Origin: Moniliella sp. 'wahieum'
Taxonomy: Eukaryota
Direction of reading: 5' to 3'
DNA: 64,000 nt
NCBI GenBank assembly: GCA_003971905.1
Contig: RSEE01000030.1
Coordinates: 186,001-250,000 of the forward strand
Of the stretch, positions 1 through 12,731 are shown piece by piece. The position numbers and the translations under genes are program-made. Numbering within the stretch: the stretch's first letter is position 1; every line of letters begins with the position of its first letter. Under the pieces are notes generated by a model. The model was not told the DNA's origin, searched no databases, and saw only the letters and a program-made list of their open reading frames with translations.

Positions 1-614
1 ATTCTCCCCGAAGCCGACCTCGATTTGGCCGTGTACCGGCCTCTTCTGCAGCTATGGCCACCCCTGCTGCCCCCAGCACAAAACCACCCTGCTTTGTGGC
101 CTGACTCGGTGGTGCTCCACTCAGTCTGGTCCGGCTTGGTGAGCGCCTCGCCCATGCCCCTGTATGTTGTGTGATGAGGCGTTGTAATTCGAATCGCTGT
201 TGCGACGAGCCCTGGTTCCGCTCTAGAACAAATAGTCCAGTCCGGATTCGCCTTTAAGCTTGACGAGCAGGCAAGACATATGAGACTGAGCCGACGTACT
301 GAGCGTACTGAGCCTTCTTGCCCTTGTACGCTCTTGGGAAAATGCCCCACTCTCTGGCGCCAAGCAGATGAGGATGAGAGATGGATGAGACAGGTACGCC
401 TATCCGTTTTCCCAAGCAAAGGCACAGTGGCGCGGTCACGTGCGGGGGATGGGCGTGGGGTTAGTGGCGCAGTGCCAGGATGCGCCACCTGCTCGCCCGC
501 GCACGGCCGCCTACTTTTTAAGCCCCTGCTAGCCCCTGCTTTGCCCGGCCGTTTTGCTGGCCCCACACACGCCTTCTCCCCCCCTCTCCCACCCTTCGCT
601 TCCTCCACCACACC

Positions 615-2125
615 ATGGGCCGCGAGATTATTACCTTCAGTGTTGGCCAGGCCGGCACCCAAGTCGGCACTGAATTCTGGCAAACCCTTCTCCGGAGCAC
701 GGACTGGATATTGAGGGCCACTATGTGGGCCACTCGGACCACGAGCTGAGCAAGGTGGGCGTTTTTTTTGAGTCGGCGTCTGACAACAAGTACGTTCCCC
801 GCTCCATCACGGTCGATTTGGAGCCGGGCACAATCGATGTGGTGCGTGCTGGCCGTCTGGGCCATCTGTTCCGCCCCGACTCTTTGCTGTCGGGCAGTTC
901 GGGCGCCGGGAACAGCTTTGCCAAGGGGTATTATACCGAAGGTGCGTTGCTCCCTTTCTTGGGACTATTTCCAAACATACTGACTTCAATTCACCGCAGG
1001 GCCGAACTGATCGATTCCATCATGGATGTTGCCCGTAAGGAGGCTGAGAAGACGGATGTGCTACAAGCTTCCAGCTCCTCCACAGTCTCGGTGGAGGAAC
1101 GGGGTCAGGGTTGGGAACTAACTTACTCACAAAATTACGGGAAGAGTACCCGGATCGCACCCTTTCGTCCTGGTCGGTGCTGCCGAGTCCCAAAGTGAGC
1201 GATGTGGTGGTGGAACCGTACAATGCGACGTTGAGTTTCCATCAACTTGTGGAATGCCGATTTGACGTTCTGTTTGGACAACGAAGCGTTGTTTGACATC
1301 TGCATGAAGACCCTTCGCATCCGCGACCCCACCACCATCGAACTGAACAAGGTGATTGCCAAGGCCATGTCAGGTGTGTCAACAACGCTGCCTTTCCTGG
1401 ACAACTCAACTCGGATCTGCGCAAGCTTGGGGTCACATGGTGCCTTTCCCTCGTCTTCACTTCTTCACCGTTGGCTATGCGCCTCTGGTCTCGATGGGAT
1501 CTAAGGCCTATACCAATCTCAAAGTCGCTGAGCTGGTGCAGCAGGGCCTTGCTCAGGCAACACTATGGCACGGTTGATGCTCGCTGTACGTCCTCTCTCC
1601 CTCCCTCCTTCTTTGTCGTGTTTTGCTCTCCGTGCTCATCACTGACTCCTGTGGTATTTCCTTCCCCATTTCAGTGGGTAAATATCTCACGATTGGAGCC
1701 AACTTCCGTGGCAAGACGATCACGAGCAAAGATGTGGAGGATGAAATGTTCCAAGTCCAGCAAAAGAACGGGGCCGGGTTTGTCGATTGGATCCCTCAAA
1801 ACATTACCTCCTCCCTTTGCGATGTGCCCCCCGTCGATTCCCCGTCAGCGCCACCTTTATCTCCAACACGACGGCAGTACAGGAACTGTTTAAGCGAACC
1901 CAAGTCCAGTTTGCCGCCATGTTCCGTCGTCGAGCCTTCCTTCACTGGTACACGGCCGAGGGCATGGACGAGATGGAGTTCACCGAGGCCGAGTCGAACC
2001 TGATGGACCTGGTCTCAGAGTACCAGCAGTACCAAGAAGCTGGTGTTGACGAGGATGAGGTGTTGGAGGAGGGATACGAGGAGGACTACCCCGACCACGA
2101 TGCTGAGTATGATCATGCAGAGTGA
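615..2125 (+). CDS. Beta-tubulin, divergent (probable second paralog)
   Basis: ATG at 615 gives [22 protein letters not shown]. Later motifs: [76 protein letters not shown] and an acidic tail to TGA at 2125. Introns ~942-999 (GTGCGT..CTGAC..CAG) and ~1586-1674 (GTACGT..CTGAC..CAG). Several frameshifts. Confidence 0.96.
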
Positions 2126-3356
2126 CCAGTGCCAATACCCACCTACGTTTCTTCGCCCGGTGTGCTGCCGCCCCTTGTAACCTGCCTCAACGTTTCATAC
2201 CCTCTTGTCTGCTCTTCCGTCAGCAAGCTTCTGCTTTTCTCTATCCCCCTTTTCTTTCTTTCTTCAACTCGAGCTGGATCGATGTCGTCCAGCGGCTACG
2301 ACAGCTCTCTTGCGACACTGCCTCCCATTTCCTTCCTTCCCCCCTCCCTTTCTCCCTTTGCCATTGATTTTGGGTTCCTGTCTCTCAAGGTGTGTTCCCG
2401 AAGCAAAATGATCCATTCCCTCTACCTCCACATGCCTATCACCCTATTAGCTCGGCTCTTCACCAACTGTAAATTTCCACAGAGCCGCACTTGTTTTTCC
2501 TCCGCCTCGTTCGATGAGGCAAAGAAGCCCAGCTCAGCCACCTTACCAGCATTTCCATCGTGGGACGGGCACAGAAGCACAGCGTAATGGACGCAATGTA
2601 ATTCTGCCCCCACGTGAGGAAGCACCAGCCCGCCCCGAACGATCCGGGACGAAGCTGGGCGTACGAAATGTGCCGACGCCAACAAACAAAACATCCACCA
2701 TTGCCTTGTCTGACAGGCACTGTGCCCACCAGCGCAGCGTGACGCACATTGGCTATCAGCATCAACGGCAAAGGCGACCTAGGCCGATGAGGGACAGGGG
2801 GGATTCGGCCGTTCCCCTCGGCCAAATTGCTTCACGCACGCTCATCCGCATCGGCGTCATTCTTTCAGCAGGGCCGATGGTCACGGCGTAGCTCAATATG
2901 ACCAGCTTTTGTTCCCGGTCTAGGTTAGAGGGAGAAGAACTGGCGAGCCGAGGCCATCGTATGCTTATCCAGCCCTGTTATCTGAGCCTGAATATGCTGG
3001 GCCATGATGTCAATGGCCCGGGACCCTTTTGGTAGCGGAACTACCAACAAGCAATTTTGTGACAGGCTCCCTTTCCCTCAGACTGAGGTTCCAGCATTCC
3101 TACCTGCCCACCGCCCGCCCCGCGCTTCTTCTCCCCCTCCATTGTACATATTCTTCAGTGACGATAGAGAGCACCCTCAATCATAGTGGCATAAAGGAGA
3201 CAGTTTATGGAACAGAACATGGAATGTAATAAGGATATTGATAACCCTGGAGAATAGCATGTTTGTGTAGGGCATGGAAGGGGGGAGGGGGAAGGAGGGG
3301 GGCGCAGATAGTTGAGCATTAATGGGACCCCGCTTAGTGAACCCCCTTGACCGGAA

Positions 3357-4150
3357 TCAGTTTGGTGCCGGTGGGTAAGGGCAGCTTGGAGTGGTACGGC
3401 CGCAGGGAATTAAAGTGTTCCCCGAGCCGTACGCAGAGCGGTAGTAGTAAGCCAGATGAGCCGCCGCCTTGGGCGCAAACTCCTCGCCAAATTTGAGAGG
3501 GGAGGTGCCGGCCTGGACAACGACGATGGGAGTGTGGTAGGCGCGGGAGAGAGCCAAGATTTCGGGCTGACCACCCCACACGGACGTTTGTTCCACAGCG
3601 TCACAATACGACAGGAAAAACTGGCTCTGATCGCCCCCGCCGTGGAGCCAGCAAGATGGTTCGTGATGCCTGCCATCTTTTCGTCCGAGTCCGATATAAG
3701 GGCATGTACGTCTCGGGATCGGCACGCATAGTGTCTGCAGCTGCTTTGCGCGTTTCCTTGTACGACAAGCCGCCTTCGGTCCCGCTCGCCATTGGCTGCC
3801 GCGGCAGGACATTGAGCTGGTCGGCCACTGCCGCATAAAGGCAGTGACCGTTGGCACTCATCTCTACCACCTCGAGGCGCAGATCCTTGCACTGGTCAAT
3901 CTCCCGTCGCTCCTGCGCGACCTGTTCGTGGCGCGTCCGCTACTTGGCCGACTGCGGGACCGCGACTTTTCTCCCGAGGGACGGGCCGAGGACGCGCGCG
4001 TGGGGGGCTTGTCATCCCGTCGCTTGGATCGCGACTTGCGCTGTTTCCAATCCGTCGTGCCGTTCGCACGATCTGGGTCGGACGTAGCAGAGGCATCTTG
4101 GTCCTTCTCTGGAATCTTCTCACTGGGTGAAAGGGGGAGGCGCGGCGACT
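3357..4150 (-). CDS. OTU-domain deubiquitinase (Otu2/OTUD6-like); 5' end not resolved
   Basis: Cys box EMSANGHCLYAAVADQL, then YKETRKAAADTMRADPETYMP, YCDAVEQTSVWGGQPEILALSRAY and HLAYY, spread over frameshifted ORFs 3601-3870 and 3357-3857. Confidence 0.85.
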
Positions 4151-5614
4151 AGGAGATAAGGTGTCCAGTGGGGTGGGGAACGCAGCGATAAGCGGCGCAG
4201 AGGAGAACGTGCGTTTCGTCCAATACTGGAAGACACGCTGGGGTCCCAGGATTTGCGGGAACTGGTCCTATCTTGAGGCTTGGCGGTTACTGGAGGAGCA
4301 GCTGGAGGAGCAGCTGGAGGAGCAGCCGCCCTGCCGGCTGGTGCGGTGTCGGCGGATATCCTGGCGTGGCTGAAGCCGGGGTCCAAGGCTCCGAGATGGG
4401 GAGGCCGGAAGAGACGTTGGTGGCCGCAGGGGTGCTTTGCGGGCGGAGTGGGTGGGGGATATGGAGATGGCGGAGAGAGCCAAACAGATGGGAGATGCGG
4501 TGCGGGGCAGCATGACGGGCAGAGCGAGGAGGGGTGTCGATGCGGGTATGGGCTCGGGCTCGGGCTCGGGGATGTGCAGGTGGACGCGGGGGGCGTGGGA
4601 AGGACTCGGGAACTGGAGAAGTAGGGGTCGTCGTCCAGGAGGAAAAAGGGAGAACTGGAGTCCTCGCTGGGTCGGTCGGTGGGGAGGAGACCGAGGCGGC
4701 GGGGCAGTAGCGCCTCTCCTCGGGGCTCAGGAAGGGGTTGGTGTTGGCGGGGACGCGGGGGCGGGGGGCCGCGAGGTTGGGCGTGGTGGAGGCGGGGAGC
4801 ATGCGGGGAGAGGACGCGGGGTGGAGGGACAAAGGAGAGACGAGGGCGGTGCTGGCCCGCGAGGACAGGGGACGGCGGAGATGAGCCGGGGCAACGCAGC
4901 GAGACTGAGTTCAGTCTGGATGCTGATGGGCAAGCAGGGCGGGCCAGCGCAGAAACAGCATCCGATGGCACTCGCCGTGCTCAGCCAGGGCGGTGGTGTG
5001 CGCGCTGGAACGGACTGGACGCCGATGCTCATCGGAGGGGATGTCACATGTGACATGTGATGGCACATGTCGCTCCCATGCCTCTGTCCTCCGCGGAGAC
5101 CACCCAAATGGGCGGACACCCGCGCATCAGCCCGACAGACACACCGGCGCTGGGCCCATTCCGCCGCCTGCGCACCGTGCCTGGGCCCGCCAGCGGCCAG
5201 GCCATCGCGCCACAATCCCTCTGTCCCTTGTCCCCGACAACCCCGGTAAACTCCAGCAAAGCTCCGCGTGCTCTGGGCCACCCAGAACGCGCTGATGCGC
5301 CCTTGTCCAAGTACGTATTGACCAGTGACCAGTGACCGGTGACCGCGCGCCGAAGCCTGCCGAAGCCATGCCTGAGATTGCTTCAATTCAGGCCCCCGCC
5401 TATTCTTCTCTGATGCATGATGCACTGAAGCACTGATGCACTGATGCATGATGCGATCTCTCTGAGCCTGAGCCTCTGAACGGTTCACGTTAATCAATTG
5501 CTGAATTGCCCGAAGTCCCATAGAGCACCAAATCGGACACGAAAGCACTCCATCCTTTCTGCAACGTATTTTATTCCTGGAGGCGACGAACAACGCGATC
5601 GAGACGGATGCAGC

Positions 5615-5619
5615 AAAAA
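5615..5619 (-). terminator. RNA polymerase III oligo-T terminator of tRNA-Trp
   Basis: T5 run on the minus strand, 5 nt after the tRNA 3' end. Confidence 0.7.
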
Positions 5620-5624
5620 GGAAT

Positions 5625-5721
5625 TGACCCCTACCCGATTTGAACGGATGACCTTGAGGATAACCCCGTGGTTGAACACCATTAACTGGAATCTCACGCG
5701 CTACCGCTGCGCCAAGAGGCC
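5625..5721 (-). tRNA. tRNA-Trp (CCA) with a 24-nt intron at ~5662-5685
   Basis: Minus strand reads GGCCTCT TGGCGCAGCGGTAGCGC G TGAGA TT CCA G [intron] ATCCTCA AGGTC ATCCG TTCAAAT CGGGT AGGGGTC A. It has an acceptor stem, D-arm/A-box, T-loop/B-box, an intron one base 3' of the anticodon, and a downstream TTTTT. Confidence 0.93.
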
Positions 5722-6642
5722 ATTGAAGGCTCTGCGGCGTGGTCGCTTTCTGCCTTATCGAGTTGCTTTCATGGTCTTCAGGCAGAGAAGGAGAATCAAG
5801 GCCATCAGAGTCGCTGCTCCCCGCCATGGGAACACGGGGTTTGGTTCCTTCTACGCCAACGTGCCGGAGTACAATTTATACATTAGTGACATGTTCTTGT
5901 GATGTGCTTGGTCTAAAGAGAGACGGTTATTGATTTGGGGCCTCTTGTGGGTTACATACGGCTTACCGCCATTTGCCAACTTCATATCAAACCACCTTCT
6001 CCAGGGGTCTATCAATCAGCGGCGGTTGTTCCTCATTCCCGGCTGTGAGAATGCCAGGCAATCAATGCGCATGAACATTCTATTAGGACCCGCATCTGAA
6101 CGCCGAGAGGAGAGAGCCAACACTCCCTTAAACGCTACACCGTACACCGTAGGGCAAAATAATACGTCCTTGTCCATGCGATGCACGATTCACGAATACA
6201 CACGGACAGAAGGTCAGTATCAGGGATAGCTCTCAGTTCGCGAAATTGGTTAATATCAGGATGAGAAAAGGTCACTGAGTTTGTTCGCCTGTAACGCGAT
6301 GTAACGCGTAACGACCGACCACAGCGCAGTGTGGCCCACTTATTTCATTGCTGACTTCCTCCGCTTCTTTTGGACCTTGTCTCGGTCGCGCTGAAGTTGG
6401 TTGCGGTGCGAGATTCTGCGGGCGTTGCGACCAGGCCGATGATCGATGAGGCTGAGGCAGCAAAGGGGAGGAAACATGCACACACCAATCAACCCGGGCG
6501 GGTGACACTGCGACCTTATCGTTCCGCCCGCGGATTTGTACTGGCAATTAAAACCCACGCCACCACTTACATTCGCCGACAGGTCGCGCACGGGAGGTTG
6601 CTTGCCTCGCCCCCCCCATCTTCTCCACCGCACTCTTCCCAC

Positions 6643-7022
6643 ATGTCCAGTACGTCGTCTCCGTCCTACTTCCCGGGTAGTATACTTACACCTTTTCTGT
6701 GTAGACACAACCGACTTGGTCATGTGCCGCAAGATGCCGGCGTATCAATTGGAGACTGTGCAGAAATGCGATGGCAAATGTCCCGTGTGCGATCGGTCGG
6801 CCCTCGGTTGCCGAGCACGTCTGTGACGAATGCAGTTTTGGCACATACGCCGCAAGTGCCTGATTTGTGGTTCGACGGCCGTGTCCGACGCCTATACTGC
6901 GCCGAATGCGTCCGGCTGGAAAAGGATCGCGATGGTTGTCCCAAAATTGTCAACTTGGGCACCTCCCGCGTTGACCAGTTTACCAACGCAAAGCACAAAA
7001 GACCAGTTTCCATCGTGGGTGA
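6643..7022 (+). CDS. RDS3: Pre-mRNA splicing factor Rds3/PHF5A (SF3b subunit)
   Basis: ATG TCC A, then intron 6650-6704 (GTACGT..TAG). Coding motifs across frames: [55 protein letters not shown]. Confidence 0.93.
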
Positions 7023-7519
7023 CCTCGGTGACCGACCAACTATGGCACTGGTACGTGCTGTCGAATGTTACGACGTTCACTTGTACACCCCCTTCTCGCT
7101 CTCCCAACAACCTGTTCTGTCCTCTACCTTAAATATACCGCGTCGCCTGCATCCGCCTCAGTCTGCTTCCCGGCCCTTTTACCGGCCAATAAGCAGCCCA
7201 TCGTAGATGGCCTGATCAGGCTAGGCTGTTCTGCGGCAGGCGAAAAAGGATCATTCACATGAGCATCCAAGAAGCTCAGTCTCCACACAAGTGGTGGCCG
7301 GTGGACAAAAGGGGGCGAGAAGCAATCATCCGAGACGGTAATTCTTATAGTGAGGCAGAGGAAGCACGGAACAAAGAGTGAAACGCTGAGAATCCCAGAA
7401 GGCGTCGAGACTGAAGAACGCGAATCAAAAGTCACATAAAAGAGACAGAGGGGAGACATGGGGAGGGAGAAAACCCTCTTTCCCCCTTACGGGAGGGGAA
7501 ACTAATTAGTGCCAGGTCC

Positions 7520-9507
7520 GCGACTCCTGCAGTGCCGAACCACTCAGTTGGACCCAGCTCTGGTCCAAGCTCGGGCCCTCAGACCCAGCCGAGGCCGATC
7601 CCCATGCTGCGAAGCAGCCGGGGTCGAGCCTTGGGAGGTGACCTCGTGCTCAGTCGTAGGACCGGCGCTGGAGCTTGCTGCCAGTGAGGACACCAGGGCG
7701 ACTCGCCAGCATGGGGCGCGGCACTACTTCCGAGCCACGGCGAGTTGCCGACATGGTCCTCCTCCTCGTCGAACGCTGAGGAAGGGGCAGAGCGAAGCAC
7801 ATCATCATCGTCTGCACTGCTCCCTGTCTCAAGGGAAGAAGGAACGTCCAGTTCGGCGATTCCAGTGCTCGAATCTCCAGGGGTTGGACGAGGCGTCGAC
7901 CCATGGAGCGTGCGGCCCAGATCGTAGTTCCCACTGCGCTCCGACTGGGGTTCCCGATCCCGCTTGACCACCACAGTGTTGGCCGAACTTCGGCGGCGAG
8001 AGGACACCGACGGGCGATGGATCCCAGTCTTGAGAGTGCGCGAGATACTCGACGCAGTACCATACAATCTCTCGAGCCATTCTTTTGCTGCCGGAGGTAG
8101 AAGGATAAAGAGAGCACGGTGAAGCTGAGCCAAAGCCAGCTGCAAAGGAGCAAAATGAACCCCATCGCTGGACCGGGAAGCGGCACTTGCGTCATGGGTG
8201 GGAGTGGACGGCTAGCGTCGGCGGCCAGAATCAAATCGGCCACAGTGCTTGCAGCGCGGGAAACAGTGGCATCCTTAGTGGCCCACGGTGCCTTGGCAGG
8301 AATGGAGGGGATGGAAATGATGCTAAACTTTAGCGTCCGATTGCCTGCAGCTGCTCCTTGTCCATCGATCGCTGATTTGCACAACGCTGTAGCGGCAGTC
8401 GCAGCACTATCAGTCACCAGCGAAGCCACGGAGCTCGTGTCGACCTTGGCGGAGTCACCGTCAATAAGGGTGAGCACAGTGAGCGGTGCCAGCTGCTCGG
8501 GGTTTTGGCTCGTCAAACGTTGGGGACCGGATCGCACCTCGGGAAGAAGTGTCAAAATGGCCGAGATGGGCGCCGTGACATGAGCGCTAAGCACCCGCTG
8601 GAAATTGGCGCCGACATGAGCCGGGTTGGTATCGGCACCAGGGAAATCCGCCGGGGACACATACGACAAGGCATTGATGATCCCAATTAATGTCGCACCA
8701 TCGCCAGGACGGGCAAAGGGGTCCCCCGTTGCACCCAGGGGAAATCGCAACGACAGGGCTGACTTCACCTGCCCAACAAACTGTCAATCGAGCGGGGGAG
8801 CGAAGAAAGATCAAAGTGCCGCACCGCAACGTACCCGCGGCTGGAGGGCAAGATGTGGGCATCAAACGTCTTGAGACTGGTGCTGGAGCTTACACCAGCA
8901 ATGACGATTAAGCCTTGCGACGTCAGATCGAGCACCAGTGCCCGCCCAGAGGCGTGTCGGCACCCAAAATGACAACCGCCTCCCGACGGATTCCGTTGCG
9001 TACACGGGCAGGACGGCGTAAGGAGCTTTGCTGGCCCGTAGCCTTGGCTACTAACGCCTGAGCTTGGGTGGGATGCATATGCATGTAGGCCAATCCAAGG
9101 CCCACCGAGGCAGCTGAAACGCCAGCTACAAAGGCAATGGGATGGTCTTGGACCCAGCCCATAGTGGAACGAACCACCCCTGACGCCACCTGAGATGAAG
9201 GCGGAGTTGGCGTGGGGATTTGGGGTGGCGGTGAGACGATGAGTTCTTGGATCGGCTCTTGGATCTCGGCGAGGCTAGGGCCCTGCATCTCGGGCGGACC
9301 GTATCGCGCAAGCTCCTGATAAAGGGCAGAGTAGTACTCGTGCAGCTTATCAGTTATCTGCTGCGGCATCTCCCGCTGCGGGCCCGGAAAGGCAGCAGAG
9401 CCAGAGTCAGTGTTCAGAACGAGGGGAGAAGGGCAAGATGGGATACGCACCAAGCCCTGGGGCCACTGGTTCTCGATCCAGTCCTCAACATCGGCCAAGC
9501 TAGGCAT
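7520..9507 (-). CDS. Fungal protein, DUF1776/Ysc83-like (TM anchor followed by an SDR-like Rossmann start)
   Basis: ORF 8923-9507 has a hydrophobic segment followed by RNGIRREAVVILGADTPLG. Coding-like sequence continues in ORFs 7650-8768 and 7579-8145. The family call is from recall only. Confidence 0.5.
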
Positions 9508-10953
9508 AGTGGAGGGGCAGATGTGGGTAGGGGAGCAGGTGAAGGGGGGTGGCGTTAGGTGGATCCGGGAGCGAAGATGCTTTTGACGGTGAGAGGCCTA
9601 GGCTGCCAGGGAGGGGTGGACGGAGCGGAAGCAATGGGCAAGGGCGATGGGCGCACAGATGGAGGCTTCGAGGCGGTGGCCCAGAGGCAGGGGTGGCGGC
9701 AGGGGTGGCGGTGGCGGTGGCGGGAGCACATCATCCATCATCGGCCTGGCGCCCGCACTTATATGGCGGCCCCGACCCGACTGATAGCAGCATGCACATA
9801 CTAATGGCCCTTGCGCAGATAAAGCAGCCGCCGCCATCATTGCAATCTTGCAACATCCTTGCCGCCCGTGGTGGGTGGCTCGGCGCCAGTGTCGGCGAAA
9901 GGCGTGCTTACCCAATGCGCATGTGAATGCCTTTGCGGCGGACGGCTGCCCGCTGGGTTGCCACAAACGGCAGGAAACGCATATAACGCGTAAAAGATGT
10001 GTGTTTAATCACCGTGTTCTGCCGGCCTGGCTCCACCTCCGTATCCCCTCCAAGCTTCACCCTTCGCCTTCAGCGCATCCACCCCCATGTCCCGGCCATC
10101 CTCCGAGCACAGATCTCAGCCCGCCTTATGCTGCCTGATTCAGGTTCTTTCCCCACCACTGTGCGCATGCCATCAAGTGGCGCAGTACAGCTCCTAAGTA
10201 GTTCTGAGACCCACCTTGTCCGCAGAAAACTGCCGCTTTGTTGTGATGAGCATTAAGGAACGAAGACGCCCAGCTCTGTGCTCGATGCAACTGTTCCAAA
10301 AAACCGGGAACCCCGAAATTTGCCACTAACCCAACGTTTGCGGCCAAGCAGGGGGACAAGGAGCGACCTCATGCTGCTGCTGCTGCTTCTGTTCGAGAAA
10401 GTATTGAAGAAGAAACCAAAGAAGGAAGAACAGGCAGCTGCGGCAGCTGCAGCCAAAGTAGCGGGGAAAAGGGTAAGCTGATGTCAAACCCTGGGAACCA
10501 CAGAGCATGGGGCGAACGACGTGCATGCCCTTGGTTGCCCGTCTCCAGTTGACGGAAATTGTGTGTCGCGCTTGCATCATCTGCTGCAGTAGTACCACAT
10601 CTTCAACGCGAATGCGCTTTGTGGTCCAGCAATAAACATAGCCACTTCATCCGCCTCATTGGAGGGCCAATAGAGTGGGCATAGGTGAATGGCCATCTGA
10701 TCTGTTCAGGGCTAGGCGAAGGAACGCCAATCACAAATGGCCGCCCCTCATTCGTAAATCTGAGCGCTACTGGGTTATGCTGAGGGCTGAGGCTCAGCAC
10801 TACCAATAATTTCTTTTCTTTCACTCTCGCATGCACTCACCCTCCGGTTCCTTCGCGTAGACACTGTTCTGTATTCCCTCCCTAGTCAACTACCGCACCA
10901 TTGATATGGTAGTATGCAAGATGTGCCTCAATGTTATGGAAGGCAAATGCAAG

Positions 10954-12731
10954 TTACTCTTCGTCTTCTTCCTCGTCCACCCCTTCGTCAGCAACCTTGA
11001 TAATCTCGCCTTGGGCCCGCCTTGCTCGAGACGTTGACGCTGCTGAGGTGTGAGCACCTTTTGCAGTCGATCGCCAAAGGTCTTGCGCACACCAACGTTG
11101 GAGAGCGCGTCCCAAATCCGCAAGACACCCTTGGACCCGGCACAGGCGATCGTCATGGGGTCATTGGGAGAGAAGGACGCTGAAAAGACGCGACCGGCAT
11201 CCAGATCGCGATTGGTAACGAGGCTGATACTTTGAGGTGTAGCATTGCCGGTACCTACAGCGTCCGACAAGGACCAGATCTTGGTCTGCCGATCAGCACC
11301 TCCCGTCAACAAGCACCCGGCACGAGCGGGTTGATCTGGATCGAAGTGCAGGCCGACTCGTGCGCAGACAACGTCCACAGTGCTTCAGCCCCAGCTCCCG
11401 GTGCAAGTGCTTTGGCCTCAGCGGCCGAGCCGCTGCGGAGCTTGCGCTTGTCAAACGCCTGCACCAAGCCATTCTCCATCGAAGCCAAAAACTGGTTGGA
11501 GTGCCAGGGGTCCCACTGCACGCTTTCCACGTCCGAGGCCACCTTGGCAAACACTCCCGCATCCGGCGAGCGCGTGTCAAACACCCGCAAGGACCCATCA
11601 AATGACCCCGTTAGTAGCGTTGCCGCCGCATCCGCCCCCATGGATCCCACCGAGGAGCCTGAAGTGTCCCAGGCCACGGCCTGGATCTTGTCCGAATGGA
11701 CATTGTCGTATGACCGCAGTGCCGATCCGTGCTTTCCACTTGTAGGCGGTCAGTCCCAAGCTTGACTGTCTTATCCGCACTGACCGAGGCAAGGATCGAC
11801 CTTGCCACCCGGTTCCACGACAGACCTAGCACAGCGTCCACGTGATGGGTTGGGTTGGCGACCCGTTGCGCCTTTTGACGACGCTTTTTCTTCCCTGTAC
11901 CGAGGGGCATGTCCAGGTTTTTGGTCAGGTCCCTCCTTCCCAGAATCGCATCAGGAAGGCAGCCTCAACCACATCCATCGACCAGATCTCAATCTCTGGG
12001 TCCATTGTTCCCACCGCCATGTAGCTACCCCGTGCACCCGGCTGACCATTTGGCAACAGTTGCGGCTGCTCCTCCCATCGTCCGAGAAGATGGCCGGCTT
12101 AAAATCGAGCCACTCAAGACAGAGCGGGAACGACGGAAGCATCAGGTCATGGTGAACATATAGGTTGGCGTCCTCGGGAGCGTAGACATACGCATCCAAC
12201 TGCGGCACCTCATCCTCGGCCTTGGCAACAACAATGAGGTTGTCAGAGGGGTAGATCTCCAATTCCTCTCGTGAGGCTTCTGAGTTAGCATCCTCATCGT
12301 CCTTGAGAGTAACGTAGGGGTCCTCATCATTGTTGCGGTAGAAGGTAAGCCCCTTGATGTTACCCAGTGCACCTAGGGCCCTGGGGCTGCTCGTCGTCGT
12401 ACGTGTCGAGATTGTAGCGTGCCAGGTCATCGGGGTCATCCATCTTAACGTCAGCCCCATCTGATGGCTTAGCTTCTGCCTCGGAAGCCGATTCGTCGTC
12501 ACTCATCGCCCCTCGCCGCTCCCATCGGCATCCTCCCAACCGTCATCGTCTTGGCCCATGCCCTCAGCAGCCTTCTTCATCTGCTCACCTGGGCCTGCGC
12601 GTCTTGGAAGTGCATGCCGGTTAGGGCCGAGATGCGGGCAATCTCATCATCGTCGGTGAGGTTGGTCCGGTGTGGTGCTGCGCCGACTTGCCCTGGGCGA
12701 TCCAGGCGACAGACGAGATGATACTCGTCAT
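10954..12731 (-). CDS. PWP1: Periodic tryptophan protein 1 (WD40, rRNA processing)
   Basis: N-terminus MTSIISSVAWIAQG. Motifs NLYVHHDLMLPSFPLCLEWLDF, HVDAVLGLSWN, LASVSADKTVKL, LWTLSAHESACTS and RDLDAGRVFSASFSP. Acidic C-terminus ends at TAA 10954. Confidence 0.92.

Noticed and set aside
2400..3010. Possible small minus-strand gene between tubulin and the OTU gene
   Set aside because: Fragmented ORFs with no motif I can identify.
4120..5827. Long Pro/Arg/Gly-rich ORFs on both strands, including 4727-5827
   Set aside because: No recognisable domain, one ORF crosses the tRNA gene, and such ORFs are expected in GC-rich DNA. A real low-complexity gene at 4120-4970 cannot be excluded.
10087..10481. 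Possible small plus-strand gene ending KKKPKKEEQAAAAAAAKVAGKRVS
   Set aside because: Coding-like tail, but neither start, splicing nor family could be supported.
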